From Candidatus Limnocylindrales bacterium (GTDB taxonomy: Bacteria; Moduliflexota; Moduliflexia; Moduliflexales; JAUQPW01), in assembly GCA_035559535.1 (NCBI GenBank), contig DATMBG010000021.1, positions 124,001 to 188,000 of the forward strand: DNA of 64,000 nucleotides, in the 5' to 3' direction. Positions 39,592-48,405 of this stretch are shown piece after piece. Both the position numbers and the translations under genes were made by a program. Position 1 is the first letter of the stretch, and every line of letters begins with the position of its first letter. Under the pieces are notes generated by a model. That model had not been told where the DNA came from. It was given only the letters and a program-made list of their open reading frames with translations, and did no database searches.

Positions 39592-40461
39592 TTAGAGTGG
39601 TATTTTTTCATTTATTTTGATGTTGTACTTAAACGGATCGAATCCGGATAGTCTTACACAAGACCCATCTTCACAAATGATGGTAGCTCCATCTGCGTGG
39701 ATTTCGCATACCAGCGGAGCCGAAAAGCCTACATATTTTTTATTGACCAGCTCGGCTGAAAATACCTGCACCTGCTGGGAGTTGAACATAAAGAAGGCAG
39801 GGTTACTTTCACTCCTCAAAGCCATGACTTTACAATATATCACCCGATTGGTCGACCAATCGGTTAGCTGACTATCTCGCGGAAACCGCCGTGTAACATA
39901 GGTTGCCTGGTCCCGGGGGTTTGGCATGGCCTTGATTTCCCCTTTTAGAAAATCCTCCAGGAACCGGCCAAACTCTTCTTCGACCAGATCCAGCAGGCGA
40001 TTTCGTAATTCTGCAACGGACATCCCCTCATCAAGCTTTATCATACGTTGCCAGTAAATGTCTCCGGCATCGATTTCTTCTATCATCTGATGGAGGGTTA
40101 TTCCAAATTCTTTTTCGTCGTTGATGAGGGCCCAATGCATGGGATGTCGTCCCCGATACTTAGGCAAAGGGGATGGATGCACATTAAGGGTTGGATAAAG
40201 TTCCAGGATCTTTTTAAAGCGAAAATTGCAAAAGCAGTTGATGAGCAGGTCGAGACTATAAGGGGCCGCAATCTGTATAAGTCCTGACTCATCGAAGCCT
40301 TCATAAAATCTGGCCTCTTCTATGAAGGTAAGATAAGCTTTTCTGAGAGTTTCATCGACCGGTTTCTGCAGCCCAACAAAAGCCGGTAACAAACCTACCT
40401 TATAAACCGATCGCAATAACCGTAAAGGACCATCATTATTTCCAACGATAGCGAAATTCAT
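39592..40461 (-). CDS. Formyltransferase (Fmt-like, sugar N-formyltransferase)
   Basis: [23 protein letters not shown], plus C-terminal domain. Confidence 0.85.
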   Translation of the reverse strand: MNFAIVGNNDGPLRLLRSVYKVGLLPAFVGLQKPVDETLRKAYLTFIEEARFYEGFDESGLIQIAAPYSLDLLINCFCNFRFKKILELYPTLNVHPSPLPKYRGRHPMHWALINDEKEFGITLHQMIEEIDAGDIYWQRMIKLDEGMSVAELRNRLLDLVEEEFGRFLEDFLKGEIKAMPNPRDQATYVTRRFPRDSQLTDWSTNRVIYCKVMALRSESNPAFFMFNSQQVQVFSAELVNKKYVGFSAPLVCEIHADGATIICEDGSCVRLSGFDPFKYNIKINEKIPL

Positions 40462-41468
40462 TATAAAGGTGGAAAGTTATAAAATTGATAAGCGGCTAAA
40501 TTATCCAGTGCCCAGACATCCTTGAAGGTTGCCCGTCCCCCCATCCGTTCTTTGAATTCTAAAATACCCCATTTGATCCAATCCCCCCGGGAAGATAAAC
40601 CGAAATTAAACCATCTAAACCCCAGAGCTTTATAGTAATTGAAAACCTCGTAGAAAAGCAGGGGCATTACGTTCCAGCGGGCATAAGTATAATCCGGGGC
40701 GATATAAAATGTATGGACGGCCTGTTTATTTACCACAAATACAACCAGGGTCGCAAGGGTCAGATGATCTTTTATGGCTACCCAAAAGTGAATACGATCT
40801 GGATATCGGGACTTTAGGTCGGAGAGTTCCTCCAGGGAATGGGTGGGTTTTTTCTCATACCGGTTAGCCAGGTTTTGGGCTATCAGGGAATAGGGGGTAG
40901 AGGGGTCTTCAATCTGGCGAACCTGGATACCTTTATTTTTTAAGCTTCGAATGGTAGCCGGATTTTTCTTTCGTCCCATCCTTAGCCAGTTATCCTCGTT
41001 TTCTAGATTTACACAAGAGCAGACCTCACGGGTTACCAGCTTAAATCCCCGGTGCCACAGGAGGTACAAAAGTTCTCCATCGGTAGGATAGGAAAATAAC
41101 GCTTCTGCCAGGCGAAATTCCAGACGATAGAAGCCTTTATTTTTATAATATTCGATGGCTTTTTCCAGCATTAAAAGCACTTCCCGCACCGTCATTTCTT
41201 TATGATAAACCAGGGCTCCGGCAGTACTCCCTGGATGAGAGACAACAGCCAGTTGCTGATCAGCCGTGATGCAGCACGCTGCGGGTAAAACACCTATCAG
41301 ATGATGGCCTGAATAAAACAGTAAGCTTTCATCTTTAAATCTATCTTTGGGATGATAGGAAAGAAATTTGCGTTCTTGAAATATCCCCCCATTACGGGAT
41401 TGGTTTATGATAAAGGCATCCCATTCTGCGGCAAAGCTTTCTTGATAAGGCTGCAGGTCTATCTGCAT
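40461..41468 (-). CDS. GNAT/FemAB-like acyl- or aminoacyl-transferase
   Basis: WDAFI..SRNG..FLSYH, SHPGST.G, PTHSLEEL, WFNFGLSS, FKERMGG. Confidence 0.75.
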   Translation of the reverse strand: MQIDLQPYQESFAAEWDAFIINQSRNGGIFQERKFLSYHPKDRFKDESLLFYSGHHLIGVLPAACCITADQQLAVVSHPGSTAGALVYHKEMTVREVLLMLEKAIEYYKNKGFYRLEFRLAEALFSYPTDGELLYLLWHRGFKLVTREVCSCVNLENEDNWLRMGRKKNPATIRSLKNKGIQVRQIEDPSTPYSLIAQNLANRYEKKPTHSLEELSDLKSRYPDRIHFWVAIKDHLTLATLVVFVVNKQAVHTFYIAPDYTYARWNVMPLLFYEVFNYYKALGFRWFNFGLSSRGDWIKWGILEFKERMGGRATFKDVWALDNLAAYQFYNFPPL

Positions 41469-41511
41469 AGGAAAAAGATCCCTCTACACGCCCTCCCTCC
41501 CCCCCTATGCG

Positions 41512-41648
41512 GGCAGGGCTGTTAAGTTCTCAAGTATTTCGGGAAGTCTTTAACATTTTTGATAAAGTGAGTCCCAGAGAAGCGCCCTGGATTCGTGCTC
41601 ATCCAAAGAGACTCATCCGTACTTCTCAGAGAACTTAACAGCCCTGCC
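41512..41648. mobile_element. 137-bp MITE-like element with perfect 20-bp terminal inverted repeats
   Basis: ggcagggctgttaagttctc (41512-41531) and gagaacttaacagccctgcc (41629-41648). The flanks are also inverted (ccccctatgc / gcataggggg). Confidence 0.75.
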
Positions 41649-41751
41649 GCATAGGGGGGAAAGAGGGGGAGGAGCGGGTAGCAACCCTCACTGCCCTTAC
41701 CTCATAAGGGTATCTTTTTATTGACCTGACCTCCCATGGCGCCTTTTTTAA

Positions 41752-41868
41752 GCTGAAAAGCCCCGTCAGGGGCGAACAGTTGATAGCTTCCGACCCAAGT
41801 GGGGGGATTCGGATATCCAGAATTTTTTCAAACTCCCTGGCAGCGGCCTGTTAAACAGGTCGCCCCGC
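41752..41868. repeat. Dispersed repeat GCTGAAAAGCCCCG..GGGGCGA ... CAGGTCGCCCCGC, copy 1
   Basis: Ends and part of the interior (gaac.gttgatagc, cagaattttttcaa, agcggcctgttaaacaggtcgccccgc) are shared with 51779-51950. Ends are shared with 56342-56471. Confidence 0.8.
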
Positions 41869-42928
41869 ACGCCCTGTTAAGGATTGAATTAAACTCCTTG
41901 AGATAAGGTCGCTCGCGAAGTGAGCGTTCTCCCATCTCCAACACGGCTACGACATCCCGAGCATGCCGGGGGCCCGTTAAAGGGGTTTCACCTGTTCGGA
42001 TACACTCTAAAAAATGGGCAACCTCCACCTTTAACGGTTCTTGAAAATCAATTCGAGGTAACCAGATATCCCCTGCCCGGTGAAACAGTTGATAGTTATT
42101 AAAATGATCGAAATCCATGCTCTCTCCGGCTTTGGGTACCCGATCAACTCCCTTATCCAATATGGCAATTTTGTCGTCACTGATATCATCATAGATAACC
42201 ATCTTGCGACTGCCCACAAGGGTCATTTTACGGATTTTACCGGGGTCTAACCAGCTCACCTGCATATGGGCGGTTATACGATTGGGCCAGGTCAGGGTAG
42301 CAAATACCACATCCTCAATTCCAGGCTGGATATAATCCACTCCATAGGCCATCACAGAAACAGGTAATTCGCCGTCCATGAGGTAAAGCAAGATACTGAT
42401 ATCGTGGGGAGCTAAGTTCCACCAGGCATTTATATCCGAACGTACCTGACCGAGATTAAGCCGCTGGCTATAGATATAGTAGACCCGCCCGATTTCACCC
42501 TTATCCAGGAGCTTCTTCACATAACGTACGGCAGCATTGTAGAGAAAAGTATGTCCTACCATTAAGATACGATTGACGGAGGCGGCTAAGGCTAGCAGCT
42601 CATCGGCTTCCCGGGTACACATGGCCAGAGGTTTTTCCACAAAGGTATGTTTACCCGCCTTGAGAGAGGCCTTTGCCAGTTCATAGTGGGTTGAGGCCGG
42701 TGTGGCTATCACGACAGTATCTACCTCTGGATCGCCTATTGCATCTTCCCAACTCGGAAGGGCTCTTGTCTTTGGATAGTTTTCCTCAACGTAAGCCCGT
42801 CGCTGAGGATTTAACTCTGCGACCCATTTGACATGGCAGTCCGGGTGCGTGGAAAAATTACGTAACAGGTTAGGACCCCAATAACCACAACCGATCTGGG
42901 CGACAGTAACTTTTGTCCGATTTTTCAT
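41828..42928 (-). CDS. Gfo/Idh/MocA oxidoreductase
   Basis: IGCGYWGPNLLRNF, HTFVEKP, MVGHTFLYN, LAPHDIS. Confidence 0.92.
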   Translation of the reverse strand: MKNRTKVTVAQIGCGYWGPNLLRNFSTHPDCHVKWVAELNPQRRAYVEENYPKTRALPSWEDAIGDPEVDTVVIATPASTHYELAKASLKAGKHTFVEKPLAMCTREADELLALAASVNRILMVGHTFLYNAAVRYVKKLLDKGEIGRVYYIYSQRLNLGQVRSDINAWWNLAPHDISILLYLMDGELPVSVMAYGVDYIQPGIEDVVFATLTWPNRITAHMQVSWLDPGKIRKMTLVGSRKMVIYDDISDDKIAILDKGVDRVPKAGESMDFDHFNNYQLFHRAGDIWLPRIDFQEPLKVEVAHFLECIRTGETPLTGPRHARDVVAVLEMGERSLRERPYLKEFNSILNRACGATCLTGRCQGV

Positions 42929-43815
42929 TTCCTGGAGATAATTCGTGGATACTCAGAGACCACCAGACTATCTTCTGGAACCGATCCTGTAACCGTTGTC
43001 CCCATCCCCACAATCACCCGATCCCCTATCTTTGCCCCCTTAAGAATCAGGGATCGCATTCCAATCCAGACATCATTTCCGATTTCGATGGGTTTCGTGA
43101 GGGGTCTGGCAACTTCCTCCATCCCTACCGGATAACCCACTTCCATCCGATGACGACGCTCCTTCCAATCAACTGAATGGGCGTTTGTATCGTAAACCAC
43201 TACGTCATAGGATATCAAACAATAATCCCCGATCGTTATGGCCTCTTCGCATCGTAGCAAGGCTCCCATCCCGATGCCGGTATATTGGCCGACTTTGAGC
43301 CGACCTCCAAAGCGAACAAAAATATCTCCACTCACATGAACTCTGGGTCCAAATACCGCCGAACCTTTATTTATAATCACAGAGAACGGATGATTTGGTT
43401 CACAAACAAAGACACCGCCGGCAGCAATATCCAAAACCCCGGCCTGGGAAACCTGAATGCTCACCCCTCGAAGTTGGACCCCTTCACCCAACGTAACCGT
43501 GGAATTGTCCCCCACCATTATGGTGGCATCTTGCAGGGTACAGAAATCCCCGGCTTGTAAAGTTGCCTTTCTACCCACCTTTATGTGGACCCTGGATAAA
43601 GCCACGTGGTTGCCGAGTTGAATAGTGCCGAAGGGATCACATGATAAACGGGAATAAATATCGGCATGGCTGTCTCTTCCCATCCTTACAGATTTTGTAA
43701 GTCCCATACGGGGAAGCATATTGGCCTGAAAAAGATTCTCCAAAGCCCGGGCAACTCGGGCGACCTTTCGGGCAGCACGACCCATGGGGGAGTTTGACAA
43801 AACCAACAACCTCAT
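42925..43815 (-). CDS. Hexapeptide-repeat (LbetaH) acyltransferase
   Basis: ITIGDYCLIS..DTNAHS, IEIGNDVWIG..ILKGAKIGD. Start at MRLLV (ATGA overlap with wzt). Confidence 0.85.
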   Translation of the reverse strand: MRLLVLSNSPMGRAARKVARVARALENLFQANMLPRMGLTKSVRMGRDSHADIYSRLSCDPFGTIQLGNHVALSRVHIKVGRKATLQAGDFCTLQDATIMVGDNSTVTLGEGVQLRGVSIQVSQAGVLDIAAGGVFVCEPNHPFSVIINKGSAVFGPRVHVSGDIFVRFGGRLKVGQYTGIGMGALLRCEEAITIGDYCLISYDVVVYDTNAHSVDWKERRHRMEVGYPVGMEEVARPLTKPIEIGNDVWIGMRSLILKGAKIGDRVIVGMGTTVTGSVPEDSLVVSEYPRIISRK

Positions 43816-45065
43816 ACTACTTCCCATTCCTGGTCCACCAGGAGTCCTCCATGACTTGGAGGAGGTAAACGTCCGGTACCAAAAAAATCTCCGGCCTCTA
43901 CGGTCAACTGCCCGGCATCTTGAATCCAGTCTTCGATCTCTCCCTTCCGTCGCAGGATAAAGTTAAGATTAAACACACCGGGTGCCAGGGGGAGTCTGGG
44001 AATCTTGCACCGTATTCGGCCAGAACGATTAAGGCCACTAAACTCAGCCCCTGTCAGTTGATTGTTGCATTGAATCAAATGCTGGCCGTAAAGGGTAAAG
44101 ATACCGATCCCGAAAACCATATCATCCAGAGGTACAGAATCCCTGGCTTCATAGGACAATACGATATTAAGTTCCTGCCCGGATATGGCAAACTCGACTT
44201 TCCGGCCCTGATTATCCATTAAACAATAATCCGTAAGGACAATATGACCACAACCCCGTCGGTCTAAGCGATCCCGGAGAGGAATTGAACGCAGAACGGA
44301 GAGATCTTCCAGGTATTGACGGATAATAACCGAAACGGCTCCGGAATCGACCAGCCGACCCTCCTTTATCCAGCACGCCCGGTTGCAGAGGGCTTCCACA
44401 GCCGCCATATTGTGGCTTACAAAGAGTACACTTCGTCCTTCTTTAGCCACTTCTCCCATCTTTCCCAGACATTTTTTCTGGAAACCTGCATCCCCCACGG
44501 CCAGTACCTCATCCACCAGAAGGATCTCCGGCTCTAAATGGGCGGCTACGGAAAAAGCCAGCCGTACATACATGCCACTGGAATAATATTTGACGGGAGT
44601 ATTTAAAAATTTCTCTACTTCGGCAAAGGCCACAATTTCATCAAACTTTCGATCTATCTCGGCTTTTCTCATACCCAGAATGGCGCCATTCAGGTAGATG
44701 TTTTCTCGCCCCGTCAATTCAGGATGGAAACCCGTCCCCACCTCCAGTAAGGATCCTACCCGGCCATGAATCTCGGCGTAGCCTTCAGTGGGTTCTGTGA
44801 TGCGGGAAAGAATTTTTAGAAGTGTGGATTTACCGGCTCCATTACGACCGATGATACCCACCACTTCGCCGCGCTGGACCTCAAAGGAAACCTCTTTGAG
44901 GGCCCATAGCGTCCGGTCTATCGGGTATCTCTTGTGTTGTAGGAATCTGAGGGGAACTTGAACCGCCCTGATCACAGACTCACGCAAGGTTGCGTAGGGA
45001 GCTCTATAAGTACCTAGACGATATTGCTTCCCCAGCCCTTCAATACGAATGGCTATTTTACCCAT
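43812..45065 (-). CDS. wzt: Polysaccharide ABC exporter ATPase with Wzt_C carbohydrate-binding domain
   Basis: GRNGAGKST, YSSGMYVRLAF, LLVDEVLAVGD, C-terminal Ig-like extension. Confidence 0.93.
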   Translation of the reverse strand: MGKIAIRIEGLGKQYRLGTYRAPYATLRESVIRAVQVPLRFLQHKRYPIDRTLWALKEVSFEVQRGEVVGIIGRNGAGKSTLLKILSRITEPTEGYAEIHGRVGSLLEVGTGFHPELTGRENIYLNGAILGMRKAEIDRKFDEIVAFAEVEKFLNTPVKYYSSGMYVRLAFSVAAHLEPEILLVDEVLAVGDAGFQKKCLGKMGEVAKEGRSVLFVSHNMAAVEALCNRACWIKEGRLVDSGAVSVIIRQYLEDLSVLRSIPLRDRLDRRGCGHIVLTDYCLMDNQGRKVEFAISGQELNIVLSYEARDSVPLDDMVFGIGIFTLYGQHLIQCNNQLTGAEFSGLNRSGRIRCKIPRLPLAPGVFNLNFILRRKGEIEDWIQDAGQLTVEAGDFFGTGRLPPPSHGGLLVDQEWEVV

Positions 45066-45095
45066 TCCAAACCGTAGAATTTAATTGTAAGGTTC

Positions 45096-45947
45096 CTAGA
45101 TAACGTCGGCAAACCGCTTCTCCATACGACGAAAATAATACGCACCACTGACCAGCAGGAGTATCGATACCCATATTGAGACAACCAGCAGGGCCCCGGG
45201 AGGGTTGGCCCCCAGTAAAACCCAGCGAAAACCCTCTACCACACCTACCATGGGATTCAGACCGTATAAAGTTCGCCAGGGCTCGGAGAGAAGGCTGCTG
45301 GGATAAACCACCGGGGTGGCAAACATCCAGAATTGGATTAAGAAAGGGACCACATAACGGACATCTCGATATTCTACGTTTAGTGCAGAAAGCCAGGTAC
45401 CTGTTCCCAATGCGGTTATCAAAGCCAACAGTAGAAAAAAGGGTAATAATAAAATTTCCAGAGTCGGCCACACGCTATAATAGATCATCATCCCCAGCAG
45501 AACGGTAAAGGCAATGGCAAAATCTATCACCCCGGAGAGGACACTGGAAATAGGGATAATCAGGCGGGGAAAATAGACCTTACTGATTAAGTTGGAACTA
45601 CCGATCAGGCTATTGGAAGCCTGATGAAGGGAATGGGCAAAATAATTCCAGGGCAACAGGGCAGCATAACTAAAGAGGGGATAAGGAATTCCATCGGAGG
45701 GAATCTTAGCCAGGTGGCCAAAGAAAAGGGAGAATATCACCATACTAAAGAACGGCTGAATTACGGCCCAGGCCGCTCCCAAGAGGGTCTGTTTGTAACG
45801 TACTTTGATATCCCGCCAGGTTAGAAAATAGAGCAGCTCTCGATATTCCCACAACTCACCCAGCTTGAGGGAAACCCACCCTTTGGAAGGTTTGATGATA
45901 ATGACAGGTAAGGAAGTCATGGGTAATTTTTCATTTTTTATTGACAT
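45096..45947 (-). CDS. wzm: Polysaccharide ABC exporter permease
   Basis: ELWEYRELLYFLTWRDIKVRYKQT.LG, KVYFPR, YRDV, LNPM, FRRMEKRFADVI. Confidence 0.93.
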   Translation of the reverse strand: MSIKNEKLPMTSLPVIIIKPSKGWVSLKLGELWEYRELLYFLTWRDIKVRYKQTLLGAAWAVIQPFFSMVIFSLFFGHLAKIPSDGIPYPLFSYAALLPWNYFAHSLHQASNSLIGSSNLISKVYFPRLIIPISSVLSGVIDFAIAFTVLLGMMIYYSVWPTLEILLLPFFLLLALITALGTGTWLSALNVEYRDVRYVVPFLIQFWMFATPVVYPSSLLSEPWRTLYGLNPMVGVVEGFRWVLLGANPPGALLVVSIWVSILLLVSGAYYFRRMEKRFADVI

Positions 45948-46295
45948 CTATGGGAAAACCGATAAACGGTTAAATTGAATCCAGCCTGATAACATGGCTT
46001 CGCCCTTTAGCTTACAGAATCCGTTTTCTAAAACCTCCAGATTCCCAGGACCTGTACGCAGAGAAACTTAAAACTACCCTTTAAAAACATTCCGCCCTTG
46101 CTTCTCAAGTCCGTATCGGTTTAGCAGGTAAATCTCTCTAAATTCCCTTCCAGGAGGAATATAAGGATATCTCCTCTCGAAAGTTTCCCTTTGAGGGGGT
46201 TAAGAGGTTTGACCTCGCCGGCTAATCGGTACGGCTGGTTACTTCCTTTAAAATCTGTTTCAAAAAAGACCGGAATGTCCAATTGTAAAAGAGCT

Positions 46296-46311
46296 TGCAA
46301 GCCACAAGCCA
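46296..46311 (-). promoter_or_regulatory. Candidate sigma54 (-24/-12) promoter
   Basis: Minus strand TGGCTTGTGGCTTGCA has the exact GG-N10-GC spacing, in a ~600-bp gap upstream of wzm. Confidence 0.5.
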
Positions 46312-46395
46312 TCTTACTTCTGGCCGGGTTTATTTGCAATCATTACCGGGTCCGATCTTTTATCCGGGTCGTCAAATTTTCATCTCCCAAGTTTT

Positions 46396-46430
46396 TGTAT
46401 CAATTTGGATCATTGTACCAAAATGAAAGA
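46396..46430. promoter_or_regulatory. Tandem 17-bp boxes, candidate enhancer-binding-protein sites
   Basis: tgtatcaatttggatca and tgtaccaaaatgaaaga, adjacent, 85-120 bp upstream of the sigma54-like motif. Confidence 0.4.
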
Positions 46431-46545
46431 CTGTTCCCATACCCGGTCGATATGGAAATATGGTATGAAGGCTAGGGATCACCCCTCCCCGTATGCAGGG
46501 AAGGGTGGTACAGACGCTTGTAGGGCAGGGGTCTTCTTTCCCCCT

Positions 46546-47703
46546 TTACCCCAGAACCTTTTTTAGGGCCTTGATGACATCTTCTACATCCTCATCGGTA
46601 AGCTTAGGAGAAAGGGGAAGGGAAAGGGTTCGTTCTCCAATATACTCAGCATTGGGGAAGTCTCCCGGTTTATATCCGAAAGCTTGTCGGTAGTAGGGAT
46701 GTAAATGAAGGGCCGTATAATGGACGCCGGTTCCGATATTTTCCTGGATGAGTTCGTTTAAAACCTGATCCCGAGATTTTTTTATGCGATCGATGTGGAG
46801 AAGGACGGTATAAAGATGACGGGCATGGATCATGTAAGGTTCCACCGGAGCCGGAAGGGTCAGGGGTAATTCTGCCAGGGCCTCATCATAACGTTTCCAG
46901 ATTTCGTTACGCCGGAGGAGGTTTTCTTCCACCCGTCGGAGTTGATGGATGCCCAAAGCAGCCTGAAGGTCCATCATGTTATACTTGAACCCCGGAAAGA
47001 CCACCTGATAATGTTTATAACCCTCATCGGAGAAGCGCTTCCAGGCATCCTTGGTCATTCCGTGAAGTCCATACATCTTGATTTTGTCGGCATAGGATTC
47101 ATGACGGGTGGTGACCATGCCTCCTTCCCCTGTGATCACATTTTTGGTAACATAGAAACTGAAACAGGTTATATCGCCGATGTTACCGATTTTTTTCCCT
47201 TTATACCATCCTTCAATGCAATGGGCGGCATCTTCAATCACCAATAAACCATATCGTTGGGCAAGCTCCAGAATAGGATCCATCTCGCAGGGACGACCTG
47301 CAAAGTGTACCGGTAAAATGGCTTTAGTTCGGGGTGTGATGGCTTTTTGAATCCGGTCCGGATCTATATTGAGGGTTTTTCGCTCTACATCTACAAAGAC
47401 CGGCCTGGCTCCGGTATGGACAATGGCATTGGCCGTGGCACAGAACGTCATAGGGGTTGTGATGACTTCATCCCCGGGGCCTATGCCGGAGACCAGCATG
47501 GAAAGATGGAGGGCCGCTGTACAAGAATTCAAGGCTATGGCATAAGGGGCTCCTATGTAGGCCTTAAATTCTTTCTCAAACCGATCCACCTTGGGGCCTG
47601 TCCCCAACCAGCCAGACCGAAGGCTGTCCACTACTTCGGCAATTTCCTCTTCTCTGATATCGGGACTTCCAAATACTAAAAATGAGTTTCTAACCGGAGC
47701 CAC
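46546..47703 (-). CDS. DegT-family aminotransferase (ArnB/SpsC-like)
   Basis: SGWLGTGP, NSCTAALH, EDAAH, FSFYVTKNVITGEGG, GFKYNMMDLQAA. Confidence 0.93.
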   Translation of the reverse strand: MAPVRNSFLVFGSPDIREEEIAEVVDSLRSGWLGTGPKVDRFEKEFKAYIGAPYAIALNSCTAALHLSMLVSGIGPGDEVITTPMTFCATANAIVHTGARPVFVDVERKTLNIDPDRIQKAITPRTKAILPVHFAGRPCEMDPILELAQRYGLLVIEDAAHCIEGWYKGKKIGNIGDITCFSFYVTKNVITGEGGMVTTRHESYADKIKMYGLHGMTKDAWKRFSDEGYKHYQVVFPGFKYNMMDLQAALGIHQLRRVEENLLRRNEIWKRYDEALAELPLTLPAPVEPYMIHARHLYTVLLHIDRIKKSRDQVLNELIQENIGTGVHYTALHLHPYYRQAFGYKPGDFPNAEYIGERTLSLPLSPKLTDEDVEDVIKALKKVLG

Positions 47704-47736
47704 AAAAACCTCTCCCCTCCAAACCTTTCCCCTTTT

Positions 47737-48252
47737 TTAAGAAACTGGCTCTACATCGGCGGCATCTATTTCCATAGCAGCCGATTGCTGAATAAGATCC
47801 ACCGAAATAACCAGACGGAACTTTCTCCTTTTTTCCATAAGAATCCCTTCCACACCTGCCAGAGGTCCTCTCTTGACACGAACCCGTTGCCCTTCTTTGA
47901 AATAAGGAACCGGATCATATTTTAAACCGCTGGTAATCATCCGCTGAATCGCGGAAATCTGTTCTTCAGGAATCGGAACCGGTCCTTCATGAAATCCAAC
48001 AATCTGAACCACACCGACAGTGGTTAAAATTTTCAATTTGTCCAGGAGCGGGAAATAGCCAAAAATATATCCCGGAAAGAGAGGAAAACTGACTAACTTT
48101 TTTCGATCTTTCCAATATCTTAATTTTTCTACCAACGGTAGGAAATGGACAATGTTTTTCTTTTCAAACTGCTCTTTTACCTTATGTTCATGACGAGATC
48201 TGGTATGAATAGCATACCAGTGAGGGTTTTCTAAAAGATTCCTTTGTATCAT
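47737..48252 (-). CDS. Specialised NusG paralog (UpxY/RfaH-like antiterminator)
   Basis: WYAIHTRSRHEHKV, WKDRKKLVSFPLFPGYIF (NGN domain), GQRVRVKRGPLAGVEG (KOW). Start at MIQRN. Confidence 0.9.
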   Translation of the reverse strand: MIQRNLLENPHWYAIHTRSRHEHKVKEQFEKKNIVHFLPLVEKLRYWKDRKKLVSFPLFPGYIFGYFPLLDKLKILTTVGVVQIVGFHEGPVPIPEEQISAIQRMITSGLKYDPVPYFKEGQRVRVKRGPLAGVEGILMEKRRKFRLVISVDLIQQSAAMEIDAADVEPVS

Positions 48253-48357
48253 ACTTTCTTTGAATTCTAATTTACGATAAAACCCAACGATAAGACCTGA
48301 TACTGACACCTATGCCGGATAGCCCCGGCTTTTCAAATCCAGAACTACCTGCAACAT

Positions 48358-48385
48358 GTACGGGCGTAAGGCCTTACGCCCCTAC
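48358..48385. repeat. GTAG-type REP-like palindrome
   Basis: gtacgggcgtaaggccttacgcccctac. Confidence 0.7.
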
Positions 48386-48405
48386 CCACCTGTTGACAGG
48401 ACTTC

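Noticed and set aside
46121-46475. Small ORFs 46121-46339 (-) and 46191-46475 (+) in the gap upstream of wzm
   Set aside because: Non-ATG starts, no RBS or motifs, and overlap with promoter-like and palindromic sequence.
500-47679. Many short plus-strand and off-frame ORFs in the track (e.g. 6001-6618, 24057-24569, 45058-45471)
   Set aside because: They are antisense or shadow frames of well-supported genes and have no recognisable motifs.
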